Shown in pieces: positions 48,021 through 60,934 of a DNA stretch of 64,000 nucleotides. A model generated the notes under the pieces. That model saw nothing but the letters and a program-made list of their open reading frames with translations. It was not told the DNA's origin and did not search any database. The stretch is from NCBI GenBank assembly GCA_950097015.1, contig CATNEN010000033.1, positions 806,001 through 870,000 of the forward strand, in the 5' to 3' direction. This DNA comes from Macrostomum hystrix (taxonomy: Eukaryota; Animalia; Platyhelminthes). The translations under genes were made by a program, and so were the position numbers. Every line of letters starts with the position of its first letter. The stretch's first letter is position 1.

Positions 48021-51000
48021 GCCTGCAATATGCAGTACACCTGCCATAGACTCACCGCCGTGGTGCTGGAGCATTGCTGCTCAAGGCCGCTTGGAGGCAG
48101 CTGTCGGCATGCCAGCGCTGCCTCCAGTAGGGTCTAGAAGTATCCCGACAGCTGCTGAAGCTCTCCAGTCTATTTATCTTTGAACAGATTGGCGCTTAAA
48201 GTGCGCCGGACTTAATGGCGATTCTTTTAAATTAAAATTAATCAGTTCAAATGTTACCTAATCGATAATGATAAAAGCTCTACTTTAATCTCGATTGTAA
48301 AACCCAAAGAGATTAACGCCTTATTGAGATGCTAAATTTAAGCCAAGCCGGGCCACACTATATTTTAAATATGAAAGTGGAAGAGCGGATAGGACAAAAT
48401 GACAAGCGAGAGACTGTTCCTTGCCACTGCGGGTGGCTGGGTGGGGCAAAAGCAAAGGGCTACAGAGGGAAATCGCGTTAGGATGGAGAGTTGAGCCGCT
48501 GGGGTAGGAACAAGGAAGCGCCCGTCTGATTGGCTGGGAACAATAGGCGGAGGCGGAATGCAGGGGTGGGCGGGCCTGTCACCCACCGCCTCAACCCGAC
48601 CAAACAAGGGATGAGAGGAGGCTTCGCACGAGGCAGGGTGGAGCCTAGGAGAGGGTATGAGGTTTGGTACGGAGGGACAGGGGAGCCAGAGAAAGGGGAA
48701 GAGAGCAGGTTACTTCTGAGTCTTGAAGGAATCGGTGGGGGGGGGAAATTGACTGCCGCGCGCGCATGGCATGGGAATATTTTGTTTTTTTTAAACCAAA
48801 AAAAACTGCGCTACCCATTTTGAGAGGAAGGCGACAGCAGGGCCTAATTTCCCTCTTCTATTACAGATAATATTTCTGGCTGACTATTTATCATTCCAAG
48901 ACGGGAAATTCTGCAGGAAAATTAGCTGAGAGCAGTCTCAGCTGAGCCCGCAGCCTGCAGAACTGTGCTGGGGGTGGAGGGGATTCAGATTATTAGAAAC
49001 TAGCGTAAGAAGAATCCATACAGGAATAAAAAAACCTACTAAAAACACCAATAGATAGACTGGAACGCTTTCGAAAATGAGATTGTAGGCTAAAAAATTG
49101 TAGCGTGGCTAGGACAGATAATTGGTTCCAGAGTCAATCAAATGGAGTCAGCATTGTAAATGGCAAACTAGTCAGTATTTTAATTGCAGTTTATTTCTAT
49201 ATATTCTTATTGGCTATCATAATCGTAGGAGCTTGTTGCAGAGGCGGTGGGCATTTTAAAGTAAAAAAGACAGTTTAATTATCAACGTTTGCCAAAACTA
49301 ATGAGTTGCCTATGTAGATGTCTAGTAAGACCCTGAGCTTCAACTCATGATTGTGTATGAAGTGTAAGCTGCCTCAAGCTGAGCAACATTTACAAGCAAG
49401 ACTGTCATTTTTCTAACTCAAAAGTTGCCTGCAATTCATTTTACTAATGATCAGAGCAGGTACTTTTAATAATCATTTCAATCACTAACATCGACACTAA
49501 ATTACAATGTTTTAGTAGAGTACTGGCCTACTGTTAGTAGAATAATGCGAACGAAAAAAACTATACTTCAGTTTTTAATTCGTTGATGAAATTGTAAAAA
49601 ACGACTGCCTTTTTGAAGTTCTAACAAATCCTAACACTGTGCAACAATGAGACGAGTAGAATTCAAGGTTGTAGACTGTAATTTTAGACGTGGTTTTATT
49701 AGCAACAAAGAATTTTCAGATTCCTCTTGACATTTCATGGTTTCAATTCTTCACTTAATTAATTTATGTTATAACTAATCAAAACAAAAAGCTATGAAAA
49801 TATCTTGAACCTTTGAGACAACCTTATATGACCATATTGCTTAGATTCTTTCTTCACAAAGCTTAAAAAATGTTAAGATCAACCAATTTCGTATAACAAT
49901 AAGTTGCTATTAGGCTATTAAATTGCTATTAAGTTACTAAACTATCATGGATTTGTTTATCAAACTAGTAGGACTTACATTTAATTACCATCTAATTATT
50001 TTTACTTTATTGAATTGTAGAAAGCAGTACTAGAACAGCAATCCTATAAAACCTCTAATCCATGCCTTCATAAATAACTATATTGTTAAAGTTTACAAAA
50101 ATACAAATTTCGTTCTTATAGAGAATTACAGGAATTGGTTTAGCTCTATTGAAATCAGCATTTTACTGTTTATTCAACTTTAATAGATTACAAATAATGA
50201 ATAATGCCAATACTAGCTAGTAGCTACTACTAGCCACTTCCAAAATATAGTCATTATTCTATAAAACAAGACAATGTGATTTCTGTGGTAAATTTATATA
50301 TGGCAAATTTGTAACATGATATATTCCTTTAGATTGGAGTAAATAAAATAAGTGGCTGCAATCCTCCAAAGCAGCTAGATTTAATTTTTCTACAGTAAAA
50401 AGAATTATGTTTATAATCCAAGTCACATTGCCTTTCAATATGAATAGCCTAAGAAAAATGTTTAAGTAATAAAAAACAAAGATATAAAATAATAAAATAA
50501 AACTCTGAAAACATTACATGAAAATATATATAAGACTATAGGTCTCTGAGCACAATCAATAAATGAACATTCACTAAGTCAGTGAAAGTACATATATATA
50601 TGCACATTAAAGAAATATAACGAAAGGGAAAATGTTCACAGTAAAAAATATATTCAGTACTTTGGCGATACAATATCATTTTAAGAAATACAATAAATTC
50701 AACAAAGATCAACGAGCACAAAACCTATCAGTCTATCACTTGAGGATAAATATGGAAAGGCACATAAGGGCGCTAATGTGAAGCATTAAAATAGGATTAG
50801 ATATATTATGCTGAAACCACACTCTTTTAATGTTTCAAATAAAGTGGAAAACAATGTGTAACAAAGCCAGACCTACGAAGAACACGATAACCATTTGATT
50901 TGATCAGTTTTTAATATCGCTGTCTCTTGTTTGTTCTCGGAAATTCCATTAGTTTAAATATAGCACTATAACAAAGGAAATGAGAGTTGCACAGAGTTTT

Positions 51001-52510
51001 CAATAAAATAATGAAAAGGACATTGATTTAATTGTTTTTACCTATACCTTTTCATTAAAACTTTCTTTACTATAATTACTTTAAAGAAAATGTTTACACG
51101 GAAATGATTGTTCCTGTGAAGTTGTAAACTACCACACCTTCCTTTTCGCAGCAATTCGACTTCAGTTGGTAAAAACATTTTCATTGTAAAAAAAAAAAAA
51201 TGATAGTAAACTTCGAAGGTAAGTGACAGTAACATTACTATAAGTCAGTCAGTCATTCTCTTCTACTATTTATAACATATTTATGAAGTCAAATTTTCTG
51301 TGAAACGCATGTAGCTTATTCTTATTCTATCCTAGCGTTTTTCGGGACTAGACTTCTGTTAGTAAATTTAAATTTATCTTTAACATGTGTTAATTAAAGT
51401 ATATGTTTTCGTACATTTAGTCCGTACAGTGTTATCATATAAGATTTGTCAAGCTATGAAAACAACAATTGACCCATTTTCGTCTTTTGTATAAACTAAA
51501 GTTTGCTATCTTGCACGACTTTCTGCATGAATTTCCACATTGTTAAATTATCATCTTGCTTGCACAAATAATAGAACTTACAAAATTTTACACTTTGGCC
51601 TTCGAAACAAACTTTTTAGTACTAAGAAAAAAATTATAATTTGTCAATTTCTCATGATTCCACTTAAATTAACCTAACTACTTTGTATAGCCTCATTTTC
51701 TAGCTAAGACTACTATGTTGAACATTGTGTTGACAGCTATATGGGATGCAATTTGATGATAATACCCTATGTTTTTATCTTAATTACTATTTTGATAATC
51801 ATTGTGTATATTGCATTCATTGCAATTCTGATGTTAAGAAGCTATTTCGTGCCATTTTTAATATTGGGCCAATTATATCATATATGCTAATGGAGTAACA
51901 ATTTTTTTTCTGATCTGGATGGGTGTAAAACAGTTTTTTAGTAAGAAATTTTTTTAAACCTACCATAAAATTTAAAAGCATTGTTGTCTATCTGATATCT
52001 ATAACACATTAGTTTTAACTAAATAAGTGAACTAAAATTTAAAGCAAATGCATATTTTAGGCTAACTCTATCTTATAGGCCTAATGCTTAAGGTAGCTAG
52101 GGCCTATATTTCCTAAATAGTTAAGTAAAGTAAAAGTAAAAAATGCATTAAAAAGTTATAAATATAAATATAACTAAAAATATATACACCAACATATCAC
52201 AGAGGCTCATATGTAAATGCCTAGCAAAATTAGCTTTTTAAGAGCTATCTCAAGATATATATACAAGTCATATATATGTCATCAAGATCTCGTCCTTTAT
52301 TTTTGACCTAGCTATCCCTTGTGATAGAAAGTTGCTATTATCTATTTGTGGCTTCACTTTACTTAAACTGAACTATTAATGTTTAGTTATTTTAAAAAGT
52401 TTACTTAAACTTTTCTGTAAATTTAAGCTACATTTACTAAATAATAATATGAAATAATTCCCTTAGCACACACACACATGGATGCTGTACACAGGTATAT
52501 GCTCACACAG

Positions 52511-52730
52511 GAGCCAGTGAGGAAGCAATTTTGCCCATTTTTCTGACTCTTGAGCACACATGGACATGGATGCTATATGCAAGTATATGCTCACACAGGT
52601 GTGTAAATCTGCCCTGACATTCATATCGCCAGGCAGTGTACACTTCACTGTACCTTGGAGGGTTGGCTCTCAAGGGCGTAAATTGCATGACAAGCCCCAA
52701 GCCTTCTCTCTGGTGCTATGCCCCAAATGG
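52511..52730 (-). mobile_element. Degraded SINE family 1 copy lacking the tRNA head
   Basis: GGCAGTGTACAC...CAAGGGCGTAAATTGCATGACAAGCCCCAAGCCTTCTCTC matches the 19579-19908 copy. Confidence 0.75.
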
Positions 52731-53152
52731 CTATGGAAACTAAAGTCTCATTTACAAAGGTTTCTATGTCTCTAGTATAAAAAAATCAGTATTTAGCTTT
52801 TTAAGTCAGTTGTAAAATTAGCTTAGAGTTTATTAAATATAAGATTTTTGTCATATAAATATTATTATTATAGTTACAATTCATTTTGCCATTGAATTAA
52901 TAACTATTATCTAAAAATGCTTGTCTAGAATTCGATCCAAAAAGTACCATAAAATTACAAAGTAAAGCCAGATCAATGACCAATCAATCCACTAAATAAT
53001 TCAATAGAAAATAAAATTACTATTTTGCTTTATATATGTGCAGCTTTGTAAGCTTAATAAGCTTAACTTTCAGACAAAAAACTTTTCAGCCTTGCAGTCG
53101 CCGAGCAGTTTTTAGTTGTCTTGGCAAGCTTATATAATTTAAGTATTGAGGC

Positions 53153-56100
53153 ATGGCAGACTCAGACAGTGACACTTCAAGCTCTGCTGGCTGGTCCAAC
53201 TCTGATGACGAAGACGTAGAAAATGTACCAGACTTGGCTGCCACTGCGCCACAGAATGGTCCCGCAGCTGCCGCTGTGGCTGAAGCAGTTGCTATAGCAG
53301 CGGCAAGCAGTAGCAGCTCCTCCGATTATGAGGATGCGGCTGCGGTGGCAGCGGCAGCAGCAGCTACTGCTGCCGTGGTGGCGGCTGATAGTGACGAAGA
53401 TCGAGAAGAGCATAGCGGTAAGGAACTCGGCGAAGATGAGGAAAGCGATGACGACGAAGATGAGGGAGGCAATCCGTTCGACACCATCCGAGAGGGCCTG
53501 GACCGTCTGGCCAGCACCGACGACGAGCGCCGCTTCGTGTCGAACTTTGTGTCCAGCGACACTGTCGCATTGTTGTGCGACCTAACAGAGTTTCTGGACA
53601 CCGAGCTGCAGACTTTTAGACTGAGCGAACAGTTCAAAGCCAGCGTGGCGACTCTCGCAGAGCTGGTGGAAGACGCTGTCGGCTCCGTGAAGGAGGAGGA
53701 CCTGCCGCAGGAATTTCGGGTGTGCTGCAGTGCCAATGCTGTATGCTAGTGATGTGCTGCAGTGCCAATGCTGTATGCTAGTGATGTGCTGCTGTGCCAA
53801 TGCTGTATGCTAGTGATGTGCTGCTGTGCCAATGCTGTATGCTAGTGATGTGTTGCAGTGCCAATGCTGTATGCTAGTGATGTGCTGCAGTGCCAATGCT
53901 GTATGCTAGTGATGTGCTGCAGTGCCAATGCTGTATGCTAGTGATGTGCTGCAGTGCCAATGCTGTATGCTAGTGATGTGCTGCAGTGCCAATGCTGTAT
54001 GCTAGTGATGTGCTGCAGTGCCAATGCTGTATGCTAGTGATGTGCTGCAGTGCCAATGCTGTATGCTAGTGATGTGCTGCTGTGCCAATGCTGTATGCTA
54101 GTGATGTGCTGCAGTGCCAATGCTGTATGCTAGTGATGTGCTGCAGTGCCAATGCTGTATGCTAGTGATGTGCTGCAGTGCCAATGCTGTATGCTAGTGA
54201 TGTGCTGCAGTGCCAATGCTGTATGCTAGTGATGTGCTGCAGTGCCAATGCTGTATGCTAGTGATGTGCTGCAGTGCCAATGCTGTATGCTAGTGATGTG
54301 CTGCTGTGCCAATGCTGTATGCTAGTGATGTGCTGCTGTGCCAATGCTGTATGCTAGTGATGTGCTGCAGTACCAATGCTGTATGCTCTGAGTATACTAA
54401 ATTCGGACACTTCGTCAAGATCCCTAAAATCATTTTCACAGGATGATCTAACTGAACTATCGGCCCTTCTATCTTCGTACCGATTGGCCAAGTTCTTGTC
54501 TAGTCTAACCGAGGTAGCCAGCGGCCAGTATGAACCTGTGCTGGGCGAATTGCCTGAAGATTTCTTTGACGAGTACAGCTCGGCTGGAGATGAGAGCGAA
54601 AATGAGGAGGAGGCAGACTCTTCTACCAGGGAGAGTGAGTTTAACAGCTACCGATCATTGATGGTGTTTGAGTTGGGTAGAGTAATAGACTAGCTCAGGG
54701 GTCGGCAAACTCCGCTTCGCTGGCCAGATGCGGCCCTCGAAGCTCCCGAATTTGGCCCATTGCCCCTTCCCACATCTATTGTATACAGTTTCATCTTTCA
54801 TCTTTCCTCTGTCTCATCTCTCTCTCATCTGGTGATAGAGAGTCTCATCTCTCCCCTGTCTCACCTCTCCCCGGTCTCACCTCTCCCCGGTCTCACCTCT
54901 CCCCGGTCTCACCTCTCCCCTGTTTCACCACTCCCCTGTCTCACCTCTCCCCTGTTTCACCAATCCCCTGTGTCCTCTCTCCCGTCTCACCTCTCCCCTG
55001 TCTCACCTCTCTCTTGTCTCACCTCTCCCCTGTCTCATCTCTCCCGTCTCATCTCTCCCCGTTCTCATATTCCGACAGTTAAGGCGGCCCGCTGTGGTAT
55101 TTTATGTTCTCTCCTTGGCCCGCACGCTAATAAGTTTGCCGACCCCTGGGCTAGGTAGTCCAATGCTATTGCAACGCATTTTAATTTCAATTCCGCCTCA
55201 GGCTTCCGCATGCCGTCCACAAACGCGGCCCCGGTGGCGACAGCTTCGATGATGCTGAACGGAGACACGCCCGACACTGCCAGATCGTCGCGGCCCAGTG
55301 GCAAGCAGGTGAGCTACACCGGACTGCCGCCTGAGCAGCCGCAGCAGCAGCGGCATGCCTCAGTGCAGTTGCGCAACCCCAGTGGCCTGGGCGCTAGCAA
55401 CTCTGCCTTCCGTCACAGCAACCTGGTTGAGCGCCAGGTGGCTATCAATAAAGATCCCAACGAGCCGCTGGGATTCACAGTGGCCAAAGAGTACGTGGCC
55501 CAATACGAGAAGCAGATGATCATGGTCGAGCGAGTCATGATGGACGGACCAATCGATCGGGAGGGCGTCTTTCAGGTAAGAAAGTAACTAATCGCGATGT
55601 CGCGAGTTCGAATCATAGATTAATGAAAGTAATTGTTGTCATTAAGCAAGACACTTAATTCCCTAGTAGTTTAGTTCGCCCAGCTGAACATTCGGGTGGG
55701 TGTGGCAGCCTCCCCAGTCCACGGACTGAACAGCTGTGCACAGCCTTTGGAAGCGCAATAGCTGCGGCTGAGCTAATGGCTGTAAATCTGGACCAATCGT
55801 GATCAATTAGCAATTTTGCAAAATTGGTGCAATGTAAAATCAGCGTCCTGATTAGCCTACTACAAGTAATAAGAATGGTTTTATCATTTTATGCAGCTAC
55901 CTTACTGATAATGCATTGGGTGCATGACTGACTCTCCCCCCCAGGTTGGCGACCTGATCACCGAGATCAACGAGCAGCCGCTGGAGTCGCCCGAGGCTCT
56001 ACAGCGCATGCTTCGCCAGCTGTCTGGCAACATCACCTTCACAGTGCTGACTCCGGCATTCAAGAGTGTCCGATCCGATCACAACACTGTGTACATGCGC

Positions 56101-58056
56101 GCCTGCTTCGAGTACAGGCCAGACTTTGACACCTTGCTGCCCAGCCGCGACCTCGGCCTTCGCTTCGCCTGCGGCGACATTCTCCAGGTTGTGAACCAGG
56201 AGGACCCGAACTACTGGCAGGCCAGGCTAGTTGGCAAGCCGGGCAAGACCAAGCTCATTCCTTCTCAGCAGTTGGAGGAGAAGCGAAAGGCTTTCATACC
56301 GGTGCGGCGGGACGCTCAGAATAAGCCGGTCAATGGTGAGTGGACTTCTAGATCTAGTACATGACACAATCTGAGCTTTTAATGAGCCAATCACTCTAAT
56401 TTTTTTCCTTAGGTATTGCAGATGGTAAAATTGCACTCAATGTTTTGATTCTATATTTGATTCTTATTTTTCTTACCTTTAAGTGATAAAAAAGCCTACC
56501 GTTGCCCCATTTTATATTACACTACCTACAGTAATATGATAAATTATTTATTATAATGAAATGCGTGGTATTTAGTGCTAGAATACAGTTAAAATTCTTT
56601 TATATAGTCATTTTTAGTTTGAAATAGTTTGAAATAAAAGTAGTTTAAAATTAGTTTGAAATAAAAGTACTCTTTTGATTAACTGTCATAATTATTAGAA
56701 ATAATGATTGGTTTCAACATTTTATGCCAATATTTTCACCGCACTACAAAATTTATTGATATTTATTAAGCCATGTATATTTTTGCTAATCAACCAATCA
56801 CAATTGCTTTACACGCGCACCCACCCACCTCCCTTTTTCTTTCCTTCCCCGCCCCGCGCCGCGCCCCACCCAACCTCCGCCACATCGATCCAGCGGCCTC
56901 CTGCGCCCCGTTTGCAGCCGGCGGAAAATCGTCTGGCAAAGTCAAGAAGACCATCTTCAGCGCTGAGACTGCGGCTGAATTCGATCGCGCCGAAATCTGG
57001 ACCTACGAGGAGGTGGTGATGTGCCCGCCGGAGCCGCTGACCTGCCTAGTCCTGGTTGGGCCGCCCGGTGTTGGCCGGCGCACAGTGAAGAAGTGGCTCT
57101 GTCAGCGCCAGCCGGACAGGTTCGCCGAGGTCAAGCCGGTCAGCAGCAACACCAGCCGGCGAGACGGCGCCGCCCACGCCTCCAAGGAGGCCATGCGGAA
57201 GGCCATTGTTGCCGGGGAATTCCTTGAATACGGCGACTTCCAGGGCGAATTAATTGGCGTCCGGCTAGCCGACATTGAAGCCGTGTCGACGCAGCGGGAA
57301 CGCCGGACTGCGGTCATGGACTGCCTGTGCCCGTCCATCAAACTTCTGCGCAGCGCCAGATTCAAGCCCTACGTTGTGTTCATGGCCGCACCGGCTGTGG
57401 AGATCCAACAGGTACGACCTGTTTAGCCTGCTTTGCGTTGTGCCGATGGGTCATTGACCAGCATTTGCTGTGTGCTGATGGGTCATTGACTGCCATTTGC
57501 TGTGTGGTGATGGGTCATTGGCCAGCATTTACTGTGTGGTGATGGGTCATTGACCAGCATTTACTGTGTGGTGATGGATCATTGGCCAGCATTTACTGTG
57601 TGGTGATGGGTCATTGGCCAGCATTTACTGTGTGGTGATGGGTTATTGGCCAGCATTTACTGTGTGCTGATGGGTCATTGACCCCCCATTTGCTGTGTGG
57701 TCATGGGTCATTGACCCCCCATTTGCTGTGTGGTGATGGGTCGTTGACCTTTACTGTCCCTATGTAGAATCCAAAGTAGATCTGTCCTGATTTCCATGCC
57801 GCAGGTGCTGCAAGACAAGGGCCGGTCCCAGGGTGTGCTCAGTCGAACACGCACCCAGGAGGAGATGCAGCGTGCTGTGAACAAGAGCATCCGCATGGAG
57901 CGACTGTACCGGCCCCTGTTCGACCTGGCCGTACTGTGCGACAATCTCGAGTCAGTCTACCAGAAGATCGTCACCTGCGTGGAGTCCGTGGAGGCGAACG
58001 GTCGCTGGCTTCCATCCAGTTGGGTCAACGACATGGAGGACCAACCAACCGCCTGA
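53153..58056 (+). CDS. MPP/p55-subfamily MAGUK (L27-like, PDZ, SH3, HOOK, GUK), 764-768 aa; exons 53153-53719, 54442-54634, 55202-55575, 55945-56335, [56413-56424], 56894-57411, 57805-58056
   Basis: All junctions are GT-AG and phase-compatible (2295 nt without the microexon). PDZ: KDPNEPLGFTV...VGDLITEIN. SH3: MRACFEYRP...LRFACGDILQVVNQEDPNYWQAR...IPS. GUK: TYEEV...LVGPPGVGRR...EFLEYG...KPYVVF...W(L)PSSWV. Acceptor 56918 is an in-phase alternative. Confidence 0.9.
53722..54385. repeat. 32-bp minisatellite (GTGCTGCAGTGCCAATGCTGTATGCTAGTGAT), ~21 units, filling MAGUK intron 1
   Basis: Read directly; begins immediately after the donor GT. Confidence 0.95.
54696..55148. mobile_element. hAT (Charlie-like) MITE with an internal 16/17-bp CT-rich repeat, in MAGUK intron 2
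   Basis: Perfect 16-bp TIRs CAGGGGTCGGCAAACT / AGTTTGCCGACCCCTG; flanking 8-mers GACTAGCT and GGCTAGGT (6/8 identical, CTAG core). Confidence 0.88.
55592..55770 (+). mobile_element. SINE family 2 copy in MAGUK intron 3
   Basis: GAGTTCGAATC B-box, GCAAGACACTTAA, GGTGGGTGTGGC...CCAGTCCA[CT]GGACTGAACAG shared with 22346-22600. Confidence 0.7.
57445..57745. repeat. 32-bp minisatellite (GATGGGTCATTGGCCAGCATTTACTGTGTGGT) filling the last MAGUK intron
   Basis: Read directly. Confidence 0.92.
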
Positions 58057-59452
58057 TTCTGCGATCATCATTTTAATTAAATAATAGAAGCGCAACAGAC
58101 TGACACAAGCCATGCCAAAGATTGACTACAGCATGTGGACAAGTATGTAGCCAGACTTTGACTAGTGCTGCTAGATTTTACTTTTCATTAGCCCTGTTTA
58201 ACCGTCATTAGTTGGTTGTCTCACTGTACTGTTTGTCCACATGCGGCTAAACTGCTGATGATGCTTACTAAACTGTTCAGATTTCATCATCTTTGGCCTG
58301 AATTTCAGTTAATAATAATACTTCTTTGTTGCAGCATGCTACTAAGAGTATTCTGGCATTGCGGAAGTGCTTAATGTGAATCTATTGCGCGCCAGTGTTG
58401 TTGAAATAACGGAACAAAGTCCGAATCATGGTTTTGCTCAAATAATGTTTATTTATAATCCCTATATGAAGTGTGTTCAAATTAATTTTACATTGTCCTT
58501 ATTGTTTATTATATCCGCCCTTATGGCAAGCTTATATAATATTTCAATGTACGCCAGGTAAAATGTATCTATATGGCTGTGGGCTTTTTAAATTATTGAT
58601 TGTTATTTTACAACGGCATCAATGGAAATTAAAACTTTGAAATAGCATACCGTGTTGTATAAACATTAACAACTAATGTATATTCTCTCTTCCAGTTCCA
58701 GGCTTTGTTTTACTCTGCGTGTTGCTATGTTCAACTTTTCCGGCTTTTTTAACCTAAAATTTTATACGCAGTTTTTTAATGATTTTAACTGGTCTGTTTT
58801 TTATTCTTGCTGTGACGGCTAGGACTGGGGCCAGTTTGTTATTTCTGTGAGAATTTATCCACTTTTCTAAACCATCCCGTACATTCCGTTAATGCTTAAA
58901 ATTGCCTTTTAATTATCTTTTTATTTGTTCAAATGTTTTATTTAGTTCGCGATTATATAATCCCCATTTGTTGCAGTATTTTCCAGACATGCCCGGGCAC
59001 TAATGACTCGCCAGTCCCTGTACCTGTCACCTGAGTACAAATCTGATTCGTTCAAGAAAAAACTGCACTCTTATAACAGCCTACTGAAACATTCAGCACT
59101 GAATCATCGATTTTTGTCGTGACTTAACTGTACAACTAGCTGATTCTCCATCGAATCCAAACAGTCCCATTGCCTCTCATCTGTGATGAAATGTAAAGCT
59201 CAGTCCAGCAGGCCTCGCTGAGCTGTCAATCACTTTTGTGTTTGCCTGGCGCTCTGCTTTGCTTCATAGTTTAGCCATTCTTGGACAGGCGCTTAACTGA
59301 GCACCTGACTGTCTTGTCGAGACAAATTCAATTGGAAATACACACTGAGCTGCGAGAGCCCCAAGCTAATAATGCCAGTTCTTTAGTCTTATTCTGCTAA
59401 ACCAATTTGTATATTTGATGTTGCTTTTATGTCCATTGTGCCGCTTGGCTTG

Positions 59453-60095
59453 CTGACTGACCCAGAGGAATGAAGTGACTGACCCAGAGGAATGAAGTGA
59501 CTGACCCAGAGGAATGCAATGACTGACCCAGAGGAATGCAATGACTGACCCAGAGGAATGCAATAACTGACCCAGAGGAATGCAATAACTGACCCAGAGG
59601 AATGCAATGACTGACCCAGAGAAATGAAATGACTGACCCAGAGGAATGCAATGACTGACCCAGAGGAATGCAATGACTGACCCAGAGGAATGCAATGACT
59701 GACCCAGAGGAATGCAATGACTGACCCAGAGGAATGCAATGACTGACCCAGAGGAATGCAATGACTGACCCAGAGGAATGCAATGACTGACCCAGAGGAA
59801 TGCAATGACTGACCCAGAGGAATGCAATGACTGACCCAGAGGAATGCAATGACTGACCAAGAGGAATGAAATGACTGACCCAGAAGAGTGAAATGTCTGA
59901 CCTACTCAATGACCCAGAGGAATGAAATGACTGACCCAGAAGAGTGAAATGTCTGACCTACTCAATGACCCAGAAGAGTGAAATTTCTGACCTTTTAACT
60001 GACCCAAAAAATGAATTAGCTGACCTACTCACTGACCCAGAAGAGTGAAATGGCTGATCACTGACCCAGAAGAGTGAAATGGCTGACCTACTCAC
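59453..60095. repeat. 22-bp minisatellite (GACTGACCCAGAGGAATGCAAT), degenerating after ~59880
   Basis: Read directly. Confidence 0.93.
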
Positions 60096-60139
60096 TAGGT
60101 AAAATGTTTGCCTCAATTTTTAAGACATGGTTTTCACAG

Positions 60140-60934
60140 TCAGAACACAGTCTGGCACTCGCAGATGAACCGCTCAGAAACGGTACAAAAAAAATCGTCA
60201 ATGCCGCCGTCGGTAAAAGGTGCGAACAGATTCGCGCAGATCTGCCCGTCGATGCGGCCCCCTGATGGCTCATTTGGATACCAGACCTCGCTAGCTATGG
60301 ACACATTGCAGGCTAGCCAGACCCAGTCCTTGAGCTTATCCATGCCGGCGCTAGGCAGCTGGTAGCCTCCCAGGTAGTAGCCGTATGCGTTGCCGCTGAC
60401 CCGCAGCTTCAGTGTGGTCAAGTACTTGGCCTCGTCCAGGTCGATCGCGTCGGCAAATTTTGTCAGCCCCGGCTCTGAGCCGCAGCTCTGTCTGGCGGTG
60501 TCCCAGACAACGAGGACAGAGCCGGTGTACAGCTTGTAGGAGGTGCCATAGCGGCTGTGCTGGTATTCGGGTGGGCAAAGGCGACCTGGCGGCAGGCCGG
60601 GCAAGGATCGCACATAGACAGATACCCGATTGGTGCAGTTCGGCTCCGCCTGGACTCGGTGGCTGCACTGGTCGAACAGAAACAGCTTGCACTGGCACGA
60701 TGCCAGCAGCCGGAAGGCCTGGCACTTTGGAATCCTTTCGCAGTGCAGGCTGCACTGTAGCTCGCCGCAGCAGCCGGGCACCAGGCGGACGAACTCGGCG
60801 CGCACGCAGTCCACCCCGGTGGTCAGGTGGAATGCCGCCTTCGCTGGCTGGCAGTTGGCTGCCATGGAGTCCTGTGCCGACGCCGGAATGGCCATTAGAA
60901 ATGATGCCATCACGATGAGAATAGCAGATGCCAT
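60140..60934 (-). CDS. Secreted PAN/apple-like + C-type lectin domain protein, 264 aa, single exon
   Basis: Signal peptide (MASAILIVMASFLMAIPASA); Cys-rich apple-like region (CSLHCERIPKCQAF...CQCKL); CTLD hallmarks CPPEY...SYK...WDTARQSC...YLGG...WVW...WYPNEPS...C...IDDFFC...FICE. Confidence 0.88.
   Translation of the reverse strand: MASAILIVMASFLMAIPASAQDSMAANCQPAKAAFHLTTGVDCVRAEFVRLVPGCCGELQCSLHCERIPKCQAFRLLASCQCKLFLFDQCSHRVQAEPNCTNRVSVYVRSLPGLPPGRLCPPEYQHSRYGTSYKLYTGSVLVVWDTARQSCGSEPGLTKFADAIDLDEAKYLTTLKLRVSGNAYGYYLGGYQLPSAGMDKLKDWVWLACNVSIASEVWYPNEPSGGRIDGQICANLFAPFTDGGIDDFFCTVSERFICECQTVF

Noticed and set aside
48058-48174. Possible upstream CEP164 exon ending in GCG|GTGAGT, phase-compatible with the acceptor at 42912
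   Set aside because: No homology or acceptor support strong enough; needs RNA-seq.
46912-48183. 423-aa and 368-aa ORFs
   Set aside because: Generated by the 35-bp array; the real signal here is the antisense integrase.
49000-53100. Very AT-rich 4-kb block
   Set aside because: No ORF, repeat unit or terminal structure recognised apart from one degraded SINE; treated as ordinary intergenic DNA.
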